A model generated the notes under the pieces. It searched no databases. It was not told the DNA's origin and worked only from the letters and a program-made list of their open reading frames with translations. The position numbers and the translations under genes are program-made. Shown here piece after piece: positions 19,473 to 30,686 of a DNA stretch of 61,701 bases (positions within the stretch are counted from its first letter, which is position 1; every line of letters starts with the position of its first letter). The DNA is from Clostridiales bacterium UBA1742. GTDB taxonomy: Bacteria; Bacillota; Clostridia; TANB77; CAG-508. The DNA is taken from assembly GCA_002314935.1 (NCBI GenBank), contig DCHW01000063.1, positions 1 through 61,701 on the forward strand, read 5' to 3'.

Positions 19473-20891
19473 ATGGAAGAATTGGATTTAAAGCAATTAT
19501 TTGATATGTTAAGAAAAAAAATAATTTATATAATTATACTAACCATAGTTGCAATAATTATAGGAGTCATTTATTCTTTTTATTTAAAAACTCCATTATA
19601 CAAATCAAAAACAACAATTGTGCTTACAAAATCAGGCGAAGATAGTAAAATATATATAGAAGATGAAGCTGGTATTACAACAGCAGATTTAGACAGAAAC
19701 TCAAAATTAATAAAAACATATAGTGAACTTGTAAAAAGTGAATCTGTTTTAGACAAAGTAATTGAAAAACTAAATTTAAATTTAACAGCCACAGATATTA
19801 GAAAAAATATAACTGTAAGTGCAGTTGAAGATACAGAGCTTATAGAAATTAGCATAAAAAATGAAGATGCTACTTTAGCTAAAACAATTGCAGATGAAAT
19901 TGCAAAGTGTTTTATTGAAAGAACTGTAGAAATTTATCAAATTGAAAATTTATGTATTGTTGATGAAGCAAAGATTGCTACAGAACCATGCAATATAAAT
20001 CATATAAAAGATTTGACAATATTTACAATGGTTGGTATTATTGCCGGATTTGGAATTGTATTAGTTTTAAATTTATTTGAAAATACAGTAAAAGATAAAA
20101 ATATGATTGAAAATAACACAGATTTAAAAGTAATTTATGAAATTCCAAAATTTGAAAAAAGTTCCTCTAAAAGAAAAAATGAACTAATTGTATTAGGTGG
20201 TTCAAAAAGTATACAGGCAGAATCTATTAAAAGCTTAAGAACAATATTAAGCTATATGGATGTTGGAAAAAAACTTAGTAGTATTCTTATTACAAGTACA
20301 GTTCCTGGCGAAGGAAAAAGTTTAGTGTCTGCAAATATTGCAGTTGCATTTGCTCAATTAGGATATAAAGTTATTTTAATAGATGCTGACATGAGAAAGG
20401 GCAGACAAAATAAAATATTTGGAATTTCTAAAACTCCAGGAATTTCTAATTATCTTTCTGGAATTGCAGATAGTGGACAAGATTTAACATCTAGAGATAT
20501 AGAATTTTTCTTACAAACTACTGGAATTGATAATTTACTTTTAATGACAAGTGGAAGCGTACAATCAAATTCATCTGAACTATTATCAAATGCAAAATTT
20601 GATGAATTATTAAATATTTTAAAACATAATTGTGATTTAATTATAATTGATGGAACTCCTAGTGCTATTGTTACAGATGCCGTAATTATTTCAAGAAAGG
20701 TAGATACAACTATTTTAGTTGAAGAAGTAAATGTTGCAAAATGTGAAGAAATAGAAAAAGTAGAAATGGACATAAAAAAAGTTGGTGGAAATATAGCTGG
20801 TATTGTATTAAATAAAACAGAAATTTCTAAAAAAACCTATGAACACAATTATAGATATTATGCAAGTGATAGTCATCCAACAATTAAATAG
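19473..20891 (+). CDS. polysaccharide co-polymerase (Wzz) fused to a BY-type tyrosine autokinase
   Basis: N-terminal Wzz domain with two TM segments. Walker A at TSTVPGEGKS, IIDGTP, and a Tyr-rich tail YEHNYRYY. Confidence 0.85.
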   Translation: MEELDLKQLFDMLRKKIIYIIILTIVAIIIGVIYSFYLKTPLYKSKTTIVLTKSGEDSKIYIEDEAGITTADLDRNSKLIKTYSELVKSESVLDKVIEKLNLNLTATDIRKNITVSAVEDTELIEISIKNEDATLAKTIADEIAKCFIERTVEIYQIENLCIVDEAKIATEPCNINHIKDLTIFTMVGIIAGFGIVLVLNLFENTVKDKNMIENNTDLKVIYEIPKFEKSSSKRKNELIVLGGSKSIQAESIKSLRTILSYMDVGKKLSSILITSTVPGEGKSLVSANIAVAFAQLGYKVILIDADMRKGRQNKIFGISKTPGISNYLSGIADSGQDLTSRDIEFFLQTTGIDNLLLMTSGSVQSNSSELLSNAKFDELLNILKHNCDLIIIDGTPSAIVTDAVIISRKVDTTILVEEVNVAKCEEIEKVEMDIKKVGGNIAGIVLNKTEISKKTYEHNYRYYASDSHPTIK

Positions 20892-20986
20892 GATTAATAA
20901 AAAATATTTACAAATTGCTTGTAAATATTTTTTTTACTGATATAATATACACTAGTAAAATTGAATTTTTAAGGAGTGAATTAAAT

Positions 20987-22123
20987 ATGGTAAAAAAGGT
21001 TGCAATTATTACTAATGGAGGAGATTGTCCTGGATTAAATGCAGTTATTAGAGCTATAGTAAAAACAGCAGAAACTCATGGGGTTGAATGCTATGGATAT
21101 ATAGAAGGATACAAAGGTTTATTAGAAAACAACTATATAAAACTAGAATCAAACGGAAGTGCTTCTGGTTTGTTACATAGAGGTGGAACAATAATAGGAG
21201 CATCAAATAGTACAAATTTATTTAATTACCCTGTAGAAGAAAATGGAGAAATAGTATATAAAGATATGTCTTATGTAGCAGTTGAAAATGCTAAAAATGC
21301 TGGATTTGATTGTATATTTACTTTAGGTGGAGATGGAACACAAAAATCTGCAAGAGATTTTTCTTTAAGGGGATTAAATGTAATTGGTGTTCCAAAAACA
21401 ATAGATAATGATGTAGCTCATTCTGAAATTACATTTGGATATAATACAGCTGTATCTGTTGCAACTGAAGCACTAGACAGATTGCATTCAACAGCAGAAT
21501 CTCATCATAGAATTATGACTTTAGAAGTTATGGGAAGATATGCAGGATGGATTGCTTTAGAATCTGCAATTGCAGGTGGAGCTGATGCTGCTATAATACC
21601 AGAAATACCATATGATATAAATAAAATTGCAGATAAAATTAACAAAAGAAAAGAAGAGGGAAAGAAATTTAGTATTATTGTTGTTTCTGAGGGGGCAAAA
21701 CCAAAAGACGGAGAAATAATGATAAAAAGAACTTTGGATGAAGGAAAAGGACTAGATAATATAAGACTTGGCGGAATTGGTGAAAAACTTTCAAGAGATT
21801 TAGAAGAACTTACAGGAATGTCTTCTAGGAATACAGTTTTAGGATATGTACAAAGAGGAGGAACACCTACTGCATTTGATAGAGTTTTATCTACAAAATA
21901 TGGAACAAAAGCAATGGAACTTGCATTAGCAGAAAAATTTAATGTACTTGTAACACTAGAAGGTGGAAAACTTGGATATGTAGCATTAGAAGATGTTGTT
22001 GGAAACAACAAAGAAATTGGTGCACGTTCTGGTGGAACAAAAAGTACAAATATTAAAAGAGTAACAATGGATGATGATTTAGTAAAAGTAGCAAGAGATT
22101 TAGATATATGTTTGGGAGATTAG
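20987..22123 (+). CDS. pfkA: 6-phosphofructokinase
   Basis: ATG 20987 after RBS AAGGAG. Motifs GGDCPGLNAVIRA, LGGDGT, PKTIDND and MGRYAGW. Confidence 0.9.
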   Translation: MVKKVAIITNGGDCPGLNAVIRAIVKTAETHGVECYGYIEGYKGLLENNYIKLESNGSASGLLHRGGTIIGASNSTNLFNYPVEENGEIVYKDMSYVAVENAKNAGFDCIFTLGGDGTQKSARDFSLRGLNVIGVPKTIDNDVAHSEITFGYNTAVSVATEALDRLHSTAESHHRIMTLEVMGRYAGWIALESAIAGGADAAIIPEIPYDINKIADKINKRKEEGKKFSIIVVSEGAKPKDGEIMIKRTLDEGKGLDNIRLGGIGEKLSRDLEELTGMSSRNTVLGYVQRGGTPTAFDRVLSTKYGTKAMELALAEKFNVLVTLEGGKLGYVALEDVVGNNKEIGARSGGTKSTNIKRVTMDDDLVKVARDLDICLGD

Positions 22124-22133
22124 GAGGTAAAAT

Positions 22134-23843
22134 ATGATTAATTTTAAAAAAGCAATTGCAGATGCAATTGCAGATGTTACAAATCTTGATACAAAAGAAT
22201 TAGAAACATATATTGAAATACCACCAAATGCAGACTTGGGAGATTATGCATTTCCATGTTTTAAATTAGCAAAAAGTTTAAGAAAAGCACCTCCTATGAT
22301 TGCAAATGACATAAAAGAAAATATAAAAGTTGATGAAAATTTAATAGAAAAAATAGAAGTTGTTGGTGGATATTTAAATATTTATATAAACAAACAAGCA
22401 CTTGTAAAAACAGTGTTAGAAGAAATTGATGCTAAAAAAGAAAAATTTGGTTCTTCAGATATGGGACAAGGTAAAAATGTTGTAATTGATTATTCTGCAC
22501 CAAATATTGCTAAACCATTTCATATAGGACATTTACGTTCTACAGTTATTGGAGGGTCTATATATAAAATATACAATTTCCTTGGATATAACAGTGTTGG
22601 AATAAATTATTTGGGAGATTGGGGATTGCAATTTGGTAAGGTAATGGCTGGAATTTCTTTATGGAAAGATGAATATGATTTTCAAAATGATGAAATGACT
22701 AGTATTTTAAAGACATATATTAGATTTAATAAAGAAGAAAAAGAAAAGCCAGAGCTTACAGATTTAGCAAGAGAGTATTTTAAACGATTAGAAGATGGAG
22801 AAGAAGAGATAGTTAAAATGTGGGAACATATTAGAGAAATAAGCTTAGAAAACTATCAAAAAACTTATAATTTATTAAACTCAAAATTTGATTCATATAA
22901 TGGTGAAGCATATTATAATGATAAAATGCAACCTGTTGTAGATGAATTGCAAGAGAAAGGTTTATTAAAAGAATCACAAGGAGCTCATGTAGTTGATTTA
23001 GAAGAATATGGAATGCCACCATGTATAATAATTACATCTGCAGGTACAACAATATATGCTACAAGAGATTTAGCTTCATTAAAGGAAAGAATAAAAAAAT
23101 ATAACTTTGATAAAGCAATTTATGTAGTTGGAAATGAACAACAATTACATTTTAAACAAGTATTTAAAGTTTTAGAATTAATGGGATACGAAGAATATAG
23201 TAAAAATTGTGTTCACGTTCCTTTTGGATTAGTTGTAGATAAAGATGGAGAAAAAATTGGTTCAAGAAAAGGAAATTCAGTATTTTTAGAAGATATTTTA
23301 AATGAAGCTATAGATAAAGTAAGAACAATAATAGAAGAGAAAAATCCAAATTTAGAAGACAAAGAGGAAATTGCAAAAAAAGTTGGAGTAGGAGCTATTA
23401 TATTTAATGATTTATCTAATAGCAGAATAAAAGACGAAATTTTTGATTGGGATATGATATTAAATTTTCAAGGAGAAACAGGACCATATATTCAATATAT
23501 TTATGTAAGAACAAAAAGCCTATTGGAAAAAGCTGGATACATACCAGAATTTAAAGATGTTAATATTGGCAAAATTACTGAAAAAGCAGAAATTGAAATA
23601 ATTAAATTATTATATAAATTTAACATTATAATACAAAATGCAGCAGAAAAAAATGAACCTTCAATTCTTGCAAGATATTTAATAGATTTAAGCCAAAGCT
23701 TTAGCAGTTTTTATAATGATAATAAAATTATTACTGAAGATAAAGAATTACAAAATGCAAGATTATATTTAACATATAGTGTAGGAACAGTATTAAAAAC
23801 TGGAGTAGAATTATTAGGAATGGAAATGCCAAACAAAATGTAA
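22134..23843 (+). CDS. argS: arginine--tRNA ligase
   Basis: 569 aa. Class I HIGH (PNIAKPFHIGHLRS) and a C-terminal DALR anticodon-binding region. Confidence 0.93.
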   Translation: MINFKKAIADAIADVTNLDTKELETYIEIPPNADLGDYAFPCFKLAKSLRKAPPMIANDIKENIKVDENLIEKIEVVGGYLNIYINKQALVKTVLEEIDAKKEKFGSSDMGQGKNVVIDYSAPNIAKPFHIGHLRSTVIGGSIYKIYNFLGYNSVGINYLGDWGLQFGKVMAGISLWKDEYDFQNDEMTSILKTYIRFNKEEKEKPELTDLAREYFKRLEDGEEEIVKMWEHIREISLENYQKTYNLLNSKFDSYNGEAYYNDKMQPVVDELQEKGLLKESQGAHVVDLEEYGMPPCIIITSAGTTIYATRDLASLKERIKKYNFDKAIYVVGNEQQLHFKQVFKVLELMGYEEYSKNCVHVPFGLVVDKDGEKIGSRKGNSVFLEDILNEAIDKVRTIIEEKNPNLEDKEEIAKKVGVGAIIFNDLSNSRIKDEIFDWDMILNFQGETGPYIQYIYVRTKSLLEKAGYIPEFKDVNIGKITEKAEIEIIKLLYKFNIIIQNAAEKNEPSILARYLIDLSQSFSSFYNDNKIITEDKELQNARLYLTYSVGTVLKTGVELLGMEMPNKM

Positions 23844-23934
23844 TTTTATAATTTATATATAATGTTTAACTAATTTAGTTTATTAATGGTAAAACCATAA
23901 TAATATATAAAGTAAAATTAGGGAGGAAAATTTA

Positions 23935-24561
23935 ATGGAAGTATTTGAATTAAAACATCCACTTGTTGAACACAAATTAGCTATTTTAAGGGATAAAAAA
24001 ACTGGTACAAAAGAATTTAGAGAATTGGTTTCTGAACTTGCAACTATGCTTTGCTATGAAGCAATGAGAGATGCAGAAACTCATGAGGTTGAAATTGAAA
24101 CACCAATTACAAAAATGAAAACAAAAAAAATTGATGAAAATAAATATGCATTTGTTCCTATTTTAAGAGCTGGAACTGGAATGCTAGATGGAATAATAAG
24201 TGTTATGCCAAATGCAAAAATCGGTCACGTTGGAATGTATAGAGATGAAGAAACTTTTAAACCAAATGTATATTTTTTTAAAGTTCCAAAAGATATAGAT
24301 AAAAGAGAAGTATTAATACTTGATCCAATGCTTGCAACTGGTGGATCTGGAATTGATGCAATAGAACTATTGAAAGAAAAAGGCGTTAAAAAAATAAAAT
24401 TTTTATGTATAATTGCAGCACCTGAAGGAATAAAGGCAATGCAAGAAAAACATCCTGATGTTAAAATTTATACAACATCAATTGATGAGAAATTAAATGA
24501 AAAGGCATATATTGTCCCAGGTTTAGGTGATGCTGGAGATAGAATTTTTGGTACAAAATAA
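23935..24561 (+). CDS. upp: uracil phosphoribosyltransferase
   Basis: 208 aa. [18 protein letters not shown] site [11 protein letters not shown] and C-terminal [12 protein letters not shown]. Confidence 0.95.
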   Translation: MEVFELKHPLVEHKLAILRDKKTGTKEFRELVSELATMLCYEAMRDAETHEVEIETPITKMKTKKIDENKYAFVPILRAGTGMLDGIISVMPNAKIGHVGMYRDEETFKPNVYFFKVPKDIDKREVLILDPMLATGGSGIDAIELLKEKGVKKIKFLCIIAAPEGIKAMQEKHPDVKIYTTSIDEKLNEKAYIVPGLGDAGDRIFGTK

Positions 24562-24680
24562 ATTTTACTTGCTATTATTACCTTATACATATATAATAGA
24601 TAAGTGATTAATTAAATTTGAGATTCTATTGTTCTATATAGAATCCCAAATTTATGAATTTTTAATTACAGGAGGACATA

Positions 24681-26045
24681 ATGAGAAAATATTTTGGAAC
24701 AGATGGTATTAGAAGAATTGCTAATACAGAGCTTACACCAGAATTAGTATATAAAGTGGCAAAGGCCGGTGCTTATGTTTTGTCTAAACATTTGAATCAT
24801 GCACCCACAATTTTAATTGGTAGAGATACAAGATTATCTGGTACTCTTATTGAAAGCGCAATGACAGCAGGATTCTTAAGCTATGGTGCAAATGTAAAAT
24901 TACTTGGGGTTATTCCAACACCTGCTGTTGCTTATTTAACTAAAAAGATGAAAGCAGATGCTAGTGTTGTTATATCTGCTTCACATAATACATTTGAATT
25001 TAATGGAGTAAAATACTTTAGTAATTTAGGAATGAAAATTTCAGATGAAATAGAAGAAGAAATAGAAGAAGTTATGGAATCTGGAAAATTAGAAGAATTA
25101 ACTGCAGTACATGATAAGATAGGTGTTGCTGAATATAGAGAAGATTTATCAGAAGAATACATATATTTTTTTAGAAAGATTTTTGACGAAACAATAGAAA
25201 ATAACTTAAAAGATAATTTTGTTGTAGGATTGGATGTTGCAAATGGGGCTACATACAAAGTTGCAGAAAAAGTATTTTCTAAATTAGGAATTAAATATAA
25301 AATAATAAATAATAATCCTGATGGAATAAATATAAATCATAATTGTGGTTCTACACATTTAGAAAATTTAACTCAATTTGTAAAAGATAATAATCTAAGC
25401 TTAGGAATAGCGTATGACGGAGATGGAGATAGATGTTTAGCTGTTGACGAAAATGGAATGTTAGTTGACGGAGATATGATTTTAGCTATTTTTGCTAAAT
25501 ATTTTAAAGAAAAAGGCAAATTAAGCAAAGATACTTTGGTTGCAACAATAATGAGTAATTTGGGATTAAATAAATTTTCTAAAAATAATGATATCAATTT
25601 TGAACAAACTAAAGTTGGAGATAGATATGTTTTAGAAAGAATGTTAAAAGAAGGATACAATTTAGGAGGAGAACAATCAGGACATATAATAATGTTAGAT
25701 TACAATCCTACCGGAGATGGAATTTTAACATCACTAATGTTAATTCAAATACTGTTGGAAAAAAACATTTCATTATCTAAGCTTTGTGATATAATTACAA
25801 TATATCCTCAAGTTTTAATAAATGCTAAAATCAATAACAGTAAAAAAGAAGAATTAAGAGATGATAAAGAAATTAATAATTACATTACAAATCTTGAAAA
25901 CGAATTTAAAGGAAATGGAAGAGTAGTTGTTAGAGCTTCAGGAACAGAGCCATTAATTAGAGTTATGATAGAAGGAGAAAATATAGAATATATTACAGAA
26001 AAAGCTAATTCATTAGCAAAACTTATTGAACAAAAGTTAAATTAA
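24681..26045 (+). CDS. glmM: phosphoglucosamine mutase
   Basis: 454 aa. FGTDGIRR, active-site SASHN, DGDGDR and GGEQSGH. Confidence 0.95.
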   Translation: MRKYFGTDGIRRIANTELTPELVYKVAKAGAYVLSKHLNHAPTILIGRDTRLSGTLIESAMTAGFLSYGANVKLLGVIPTPAVAYLTKKMKADASVVISASHNTFEFNGVKYFSNLGMKISDEIEEEIEEVMESGKLEELTAVHDKIGVAEYREDLSEEYIYFFRKIFDETIENNLKDNFVVGLDVANGATYKVAEKVFSKLGIKYKIINNNPDGININHNCGSTHLENLTQFVKDNNLSLGIAYDGDGDRCLAVDENGMLVDGDMILAIFAKYFKEKGKLSKDTLVATIMSNLGLNKFSKNNDINFEQTKVGDRYVLERMLKEGYNLGGEQSGHIIMLDYNPTGDGILTSLMLIQILLEKNISLSKLCDIITIYPQVLINAKINNSKKEELRDDKEINNYITNLENEFKGNGRVVVRASGTEPLIRVMIEGENIEYITEKANSLAKLIEQKLN

Positions 26046-26102
26046 TTTGTTATTTTTGGTTTAAAGCCATATAAATAAATAGAAAAACAAAGGAGGAAAA
26101 AT

Positions 26103-26444
26103 ATGTTTATTATTGATGTATCAAACACATTAAATTTAGTACTTTTACTTGCAGCAACAGTTTTATTAATATTTTTAGGAAAGGAAATAAAAAAACCTGT
26201 AGTTCCAGCAATAGCATTAACATTATTTTTAATATTAATTGTTATACATTGCGTTCAATTTAGTTTGTTAACTGAAGAAACTACAGAATTTTATAGACCT
26301 GTATTATTAAAATGTTTAACAATAGATTCAGTTATGATATTTATAACATTTTTTAGCTATTTATGGATTGATGATATTGAATGTAAATTCCATAAGAAAA
26401 AAAGTATTGATAATAGTTTAGATTGGTTCTGGGGAAAAGTATAG
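26103..26444 (+). CDS. small membrane protein, unknown function
   Basis: 113 aa with three TM segments. RBS AAAGGAGGAAAAA. Confidence 0.5.
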   Translation: MFIIDVSNTLNLVLLLAATVLLIFLGKEIKKPVVPAIALTLFLILIVIHCVQFSLLTEETTEFYRPVLLKCLTIDSVMIFITFFSYLWIDDIECKFHKKKSIDNSLDWFWGKV

Positions 26445-26488
26445 AAATAAAAATTTTTAGTTATACATTACATGGAGGTAAATAAATT

Positions 26489-28087
26489 ATGCAAAAAAAT
26501 ATTTTAATAGGTGGAGCATGGCCATATGCTAACAATTCATTACACCTAGGACATTTAGCAGGATTGATTTCGGGAGATGTTTTAGCACGTTATCACAGAC
26601 AAAATGGAGATAATGTTGTGTACGTGTCTGGAACAGACTGTCATGGGACACCCATCACAGAAAGAGCTAAAAAAGAGGGAACAACTCCAAAGGCAATTTG
26701 TGAGCATTATCATGAAGAATTTGTAAAAACTTTTAATGCAATTAATTTTACTTATGATTTATATTCTAAAACTGATACAGAATATCATTTCGAAAAAGTA
26801 AAAGAAATATTTAAAAAGATATATGACAATGGTTATATATATGAAAAAATAGAGCCTCAGGCTTATTGTGAAAAATGTAATAAATTTTTACAGGATAGAG
26901 AAATTCAAATTACCTGCCCTGAATGTGGAGAAATAACTAAAGGTGATCAATGTGATGCATGTGGACACACACCAACTGTAGAGGAATTAAAAGGTGGGGT
27001 TTGCTTAACATGTGGTAGCAAAACAATTGAAAAAGATAATAAGAATCTTTATTTTGCATTATCTAAATTTCAAAAAGAAATACAACAAAATACAGATAAA
27101 TGTAAAAACTTTTGGAGAATTAATGCAAAAAATGAAACAGAAAAGTATTTAAAAGAAGGTCTTAAAGATAGAGCTGTTACAAGAGATTTAGATTGGGGCA
27201 TAGATATACCTTTAGACGGATATGAAGACAAAAAAATGTATGTTTGGATCGAAGCTGTTCTAGGATACTTAACGGATACTATGAAACTTGCTGATGATGG
27301 TAAAATAGATTCTTGGGAACAATTTTGGAAAGAAGGAAATAATAACAAAATTTATATGTGCCATGGAAAAGACAATATTGTTTTCCATAGTATTATATTT
27401 AATGGACTACTTCTTGCATTAAAAGAAGATTTTCATTTAGTAGATGTTATAGTTTCAACAGAATATTTAAATATAAATGATGAAAAAATATCAAAAAGTA
27501 AAGGAAACGGAATTACCACATTAGAAATGTTAGAAAAATACAATTCTGATTCTTTAAGATTCCATATTATAAATAATGGACCAGAAAAAAAAGATACTAA
27601 TTTCACTTTAGAAGAATTTGAACGTACACACAATAATGAGTTATTAAATAAATTTGGAAATTTAGTTAATAGAACATTAAGATTTAAAGATCTAACTGAA
27701 ATTAAAGTTGCTACTTTAGATGAAAACGCAGAAAAAGAAATTGATAAAACATATAAAGAAGTTGCTGTAGCAATAGAAAATTTGGAATTTAAAAATGCAT
27801 CTGATAAAGTAATGGAATTAGTTGAATATGCAAATAAATATTATGATGAAAGTAAACCATGGGTACAAAGAAAAGAAGATATAGATGGATTTAACAATAC
27901 AATATATACTTGTGCTGTAATTATTGCCAATTTATCTAATTTATTTGAACCATTTATGCCAATATCTTGTGAAAAAATTAGACAGTATTTAAAAATTGAA
28001 AAAGCAACATGGAATAAAATTACATTAAAAAATGATATTGCTTTAGAAAATATAGATCCATTGTTTGAAAGAATAAAAATACAATAA
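26489..28087 (+). CDS. metG: methionine--tRNA ligase
   Basis: 532 aa. HLGH, Zn knuckles (CPECG, CDACG, CLTCG) and KISKSKG (KMSKS). Confidence 0.93.
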   Translation: MQKNILIGGAWPYANNSLHLGHLAGLISGDVLARYHRQNGDNVVYVSGTDCHGTPITERAKKEGTTPKAICEHYHEEFVKTFNAINFTYDLYSKTDTEYHFEKVKEIFKKIYDNGYIYEKIEPQAYCEKCNKFLQDREIQITCPECGEITKGDQCDACGHTPTVEELKGGVCLTCGSKTIEKDNKNLYFALSKFQKEIQQNTDKCKNFWRINAKNETEKYLKEGLKDRAVTRDLDWGIDIPLDGYEDKKMYVWIEAVLGYLTDTMKLADDGKIDSWEQFWKEGNNNKIYMCHGKDNIVFHSIIFNGLLLALKEDFHLVDVIVSTEYLNINDEKISKSKGNGITTLEMLEKYNSDSLRFHIINNGPEKKDTNFTLEEFERTHNNELLNKFGNLVNRTLRFKDLTEIKVATLDENAEKEIDKTYKEVAVAIENLEFKNASDKVMELVEYANKYYDESKPWVQRKEDIDGFNNTIYTCAVIIANLSNLFEPFMPISCEKIRQYLKIEKATWNKITLKNDIALENIDPLFERIKIQ

Positions 28088-28161
28088 AAGATAATAGTGT
28101 GGAGTACTATAAATTGTACTCCACAAATATTATAAAAGAAATTATAATGTGAGGAATAAAA

Positions 28162-28728
28162 ATGAAAGATACAATAATAATAGTTGAAGGACCACAAGGA
28201 GCAGGAAAAACGACATTTACAAATTATTTAAGAGAAAAAATGGGAGCTACTGATTTGTATAGATTAACAGGCATAAAAGATAAAACGGAAACTGGACATA
28301 AAAAAATAGAAAAAAAATATTTAAAATTATTAGAATATATTGAATCTTGTGAAGATGTAAACATGATTTTTGATAGAACTTTTTTTACAGAAGAAATATA
28401 TGGAAGACTTGGATTTAAGCCATATTCTTTTGACGATACTTATGAGATGCTTTTAAAAAAATTAGATAAATTAAATTTTGATATTTATTTAGTCGTTTTA
28501 TATTTAGGAGATACATCTGTTTTTGAAAAAAGAATACAAAGAGATAAACATCAGTATCAAGCATTTAATGTTGAAAGCAGTATAAAACAGCAAGAGGAAT
28601 ATTTAAAAATGGCTGATGAAGTTGAAAAAAACACAAAAAATATAAAAGTTATAAGATTTAACAGTGATAATTCTGAAACTTTTAATAAACAAATAGATGA
28701 ACAATTTGGAAATTTATTTAAGGAGTAA
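28162..28728 (+). CDS. P-loop nucleoside/nucleotide kinase-like protein
   Basis: 188 aa with Walker A GPQGAGKTT at the N-terminus. No further assignment possible by eye. Confidence 0.55.
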   Translation: MKDTIIIVEGPQGAGKTTFTNYLREKMGATDLYRLTGIKDKTETGHKKIEKKYLKLLEYIESCEDVNMIFDRTFFTEEIYGRLGFKPYSFDDTYEMLLKKLDKLNFDIYLVVLYLGDTSVFEKRIQRDKHQYQAFNVESSIKQQEEYLKMADEVEKNTKNIKVIRFNSDNSETFNKQIDEQFGNLFKE

Positions 28729-28731
28729 AAA

Positions 28732-29250
28732 GTGGAAAAAGAAAAAATTGGTTTTTTTGGTGGATGTTTTAATCCTCCGTCCAATATACATATAAATCTT
28801 GCACTTGATTTAATAAAAAAGCAAAAACTTGATAAAGTGATTTTTGTTCCAGTAAGCGATTATTATAAAAAAAGTGATTTAATAGAATTTAAGCATAGGT
28901 TTACTATGCTTAAATTTGCAATAGAAGATTATGAAAATTTATATATAGATAATTTAGAAGAAAATTTAAATGGACAAACATATGCAATAGATATATTTAA
29001 AATAATAAATGAAAAATACATTAGTTCCCAAAATTTTTTCATTATGGGTTCTGATAACTATTCAAAAATAAAAAATTGGAAAAATTATGAAGAATTAAAA
29101 AATTATAATTATATAATTTTGCAAAGAGATGATAATGAAATATCTTCTACTGAAATTAGAGATATGATAAAAAGCAACAATTTAAAAAATAATATACTAA
29201 ATAAAAAAGTATATAATTATATATTAGAAAATAATTTATATAAAATATAG
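28732..29250 (+). CDS. nadD: nicotinate-nucleotide adenylyltransferase
   Basis: GTG start. GFFGGCFNPPSNIHINLA (HxGH-like region) and ISSTEIR near the C-terminus. Confidence 0.85.
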   Translation: MEKEKIGFFGGCFNPPSNIHINLALDLIKKQKLDKVIFVPVSDYYKKSDLIEFKHRFTMLKFAIEDYENLYIDNLEENLNGQTYAIDIFKIINEKYISSQNFFIMGSDNYSKIKNWKNYEELKNYNYIILQRDDNEISSTEIRDMIKSNNLKNNILNKKVYNYILENNLYKI

Positions 29251-29259
29251 GAGACATAA

Positions 29260-30516
29260 ATGGAAGATTTAAAAGAGGTATTTAATGAAGCAAATAAATG
29301 CTTAAAATGCAAGAATGCAATGTGTAAAAAAGCATGTCCAATAAATACAAATATACCGGAATTTATTGATGAAATAAAAAATAACAATTTTAAAAAAGCT
29401 TATTATATTCTGAAAAAAAATAATATTATGAGCTATATTTGTAGTACAGTTTGTCCCTATGAAGAAACATGTACTGGACATTGCGTAAAAGGAATTAAAA
29501 GTGAACCAGTGAATGTACATAAACTAGAAAAGTATGTTAACAATTGGGCTAATGAAAATGATATTGTTTATAAATACGAAGTAAAAGAACAAAACAATAT
29601 AAAAATAGCAGTAATTGGTTCTGGACCAGCAGGAATTGCATGTGCTGTTGAACTTGCAACACAAGGATATAAAGTTACTATTTTTGAAAAGGAAAATTTT
29701 ATTGGCGGATTATTAAGTTATGGAATACCAGATTTTAGATTAAAAAGAGATGCTATTGTATTATTAGAAAAAGATTTGCAAAACTTAAATATTGAAATTA
29801 TAAAGAAACAAGAATTTGGAAAAGATATTGATATTAATTCTTTAAAAGAAAAAAATTACAAGGCAATTTTTATTGGTATTGGAAACGAAATACCTACGGT
29901 ATATTCGCTTACTAATGAAAAATGTGAAAAAATTTATACAGCTGATTATATTTTAAAAGAATATAATTCTAAAAAAGTAGTAAATAATTTGGGCAAAACA
30001 ATTGTTATTGGTGGAGGAAATGTTGCTACGGATTCTGCGAGAGCTGCTATTAGAATGGGAGCGAAAAATGTTACAATTATATACAGAAGAAGTCATGAAA
30101 AAATGCCAGCTAGAGATGTTGAATTACAGGATGCAATAAATGACAATATTAAAATAATTTATAATACAAAGGTAACAAAAGCAAATCTTAAAGAAGGTAT
30201 ATTAAAATCTATCAATTGTATAAAAACTAACGAAGAAGATGGAGTTTTAAAAGAGGTTCTTAATAGTGAATTTAAAATGGATACGGATTCAATAATTTTT
30301 GCTATTGGTTTGAAACCAAACAAACGTATTCTTGAAAACGAAGGTATACAAATAGAAAATGGACTAATAAAAACAAATGAATTTAATCAAACAAATATTG
30401 AGGGAGTGTTTGCTGGAGGAGATGTAATGCAATCAAAAGCAACTGTATGTATGGCAATTTTTGAAGGTAAAAAAGCTGCTTTATCAATTATAAATTACAT
30501 TAAATTTAATTCATAA
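29260..30516 (+). CDS. GltD/PreT-like NAD(P)H-dependent FAD/Fe-S oxidoreductase (glutamate synthase small-chain family)
   Basis: 418 aa. N-terminal Cys clusters (CLKCKNAMCKKACP; CSTVCPYEETCTGHC). Dinucleotide folds VIGSGPAGIACA and VIGGGNVATDSA. Confidence 0.8.
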   Translation: MEDLKEVFNEANKCLKCKNAMCKKACPINTNIPEFIDEIKNNNFKKAYYILKKNNIMSYICSTVCPYEETCTGHCVKGIKSEPVNVHKLEKYVNNWANENDIVYKYEVKEQNNIKIAVIGSGPAGIACAVELATQGYKVTIFEKENFIGGLLSYGIPDFRLKRDAIVLLEKDLQNLNIEIIKKQEFGKDIDINSLKEKNYKAIFIGIGNEIPTVYSLTNEKCEKIYTADYILKEYNSKKVVNNLGKTIVIGGGNVATDSARAAIRMGAKNVTIIYRRSHEKMPARDVELQDAINDNIKIIYNTKVTKANLKEGILKSINCIKTNEEDGVLKEVLNSEFKMDTDSIIFAIGLKPNKRILENEGIQIENGLIKTNEFNQTNIEGVFAGGDVMQSKATVCMAIFEGKKAALSIINYIKFNS

Positions 30517-30657
30517 TTTTTAAATTTGTTAAATTATAAATGTCGCTTATTTTTTAGTGTATAGAATCTTAAATACTAGAAAATAAAGCAACTATTTTTT
30601 GTAATTTTTGTAATATTTCTGTAACAAAAATGTAATATTACAAATATTAAAATATTA

Positions 30658-30686
30658 TTGACAATACAATTTTAATAATGTAGAAT
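30658..30686 (+). promoter_or_regulatory. candidate nrdD promoter
   Basis: TTGACA (30658-63), 17-nt spacer, TAGAAT (30681-86). Leaves a leader of about 250 nt. Confidence 0.5.

Noticed and set aside
21505-22011. Long antisense ORFs in the track, e.g. 21505..22011(-), 35392..35841(-), 41991..42392(-), 5668..6084(-), 815..1135(-), 20450..20773(-)
   Set aside because: Each lies entirely opposite a strongly motif-supported gene (pfkA, fba, uvrB, capD, spoIIIAB, BY-kinase). They have Ser/Ile/Phe-rich shadow-frame composition and no RBS, and are typical open antisense frames.
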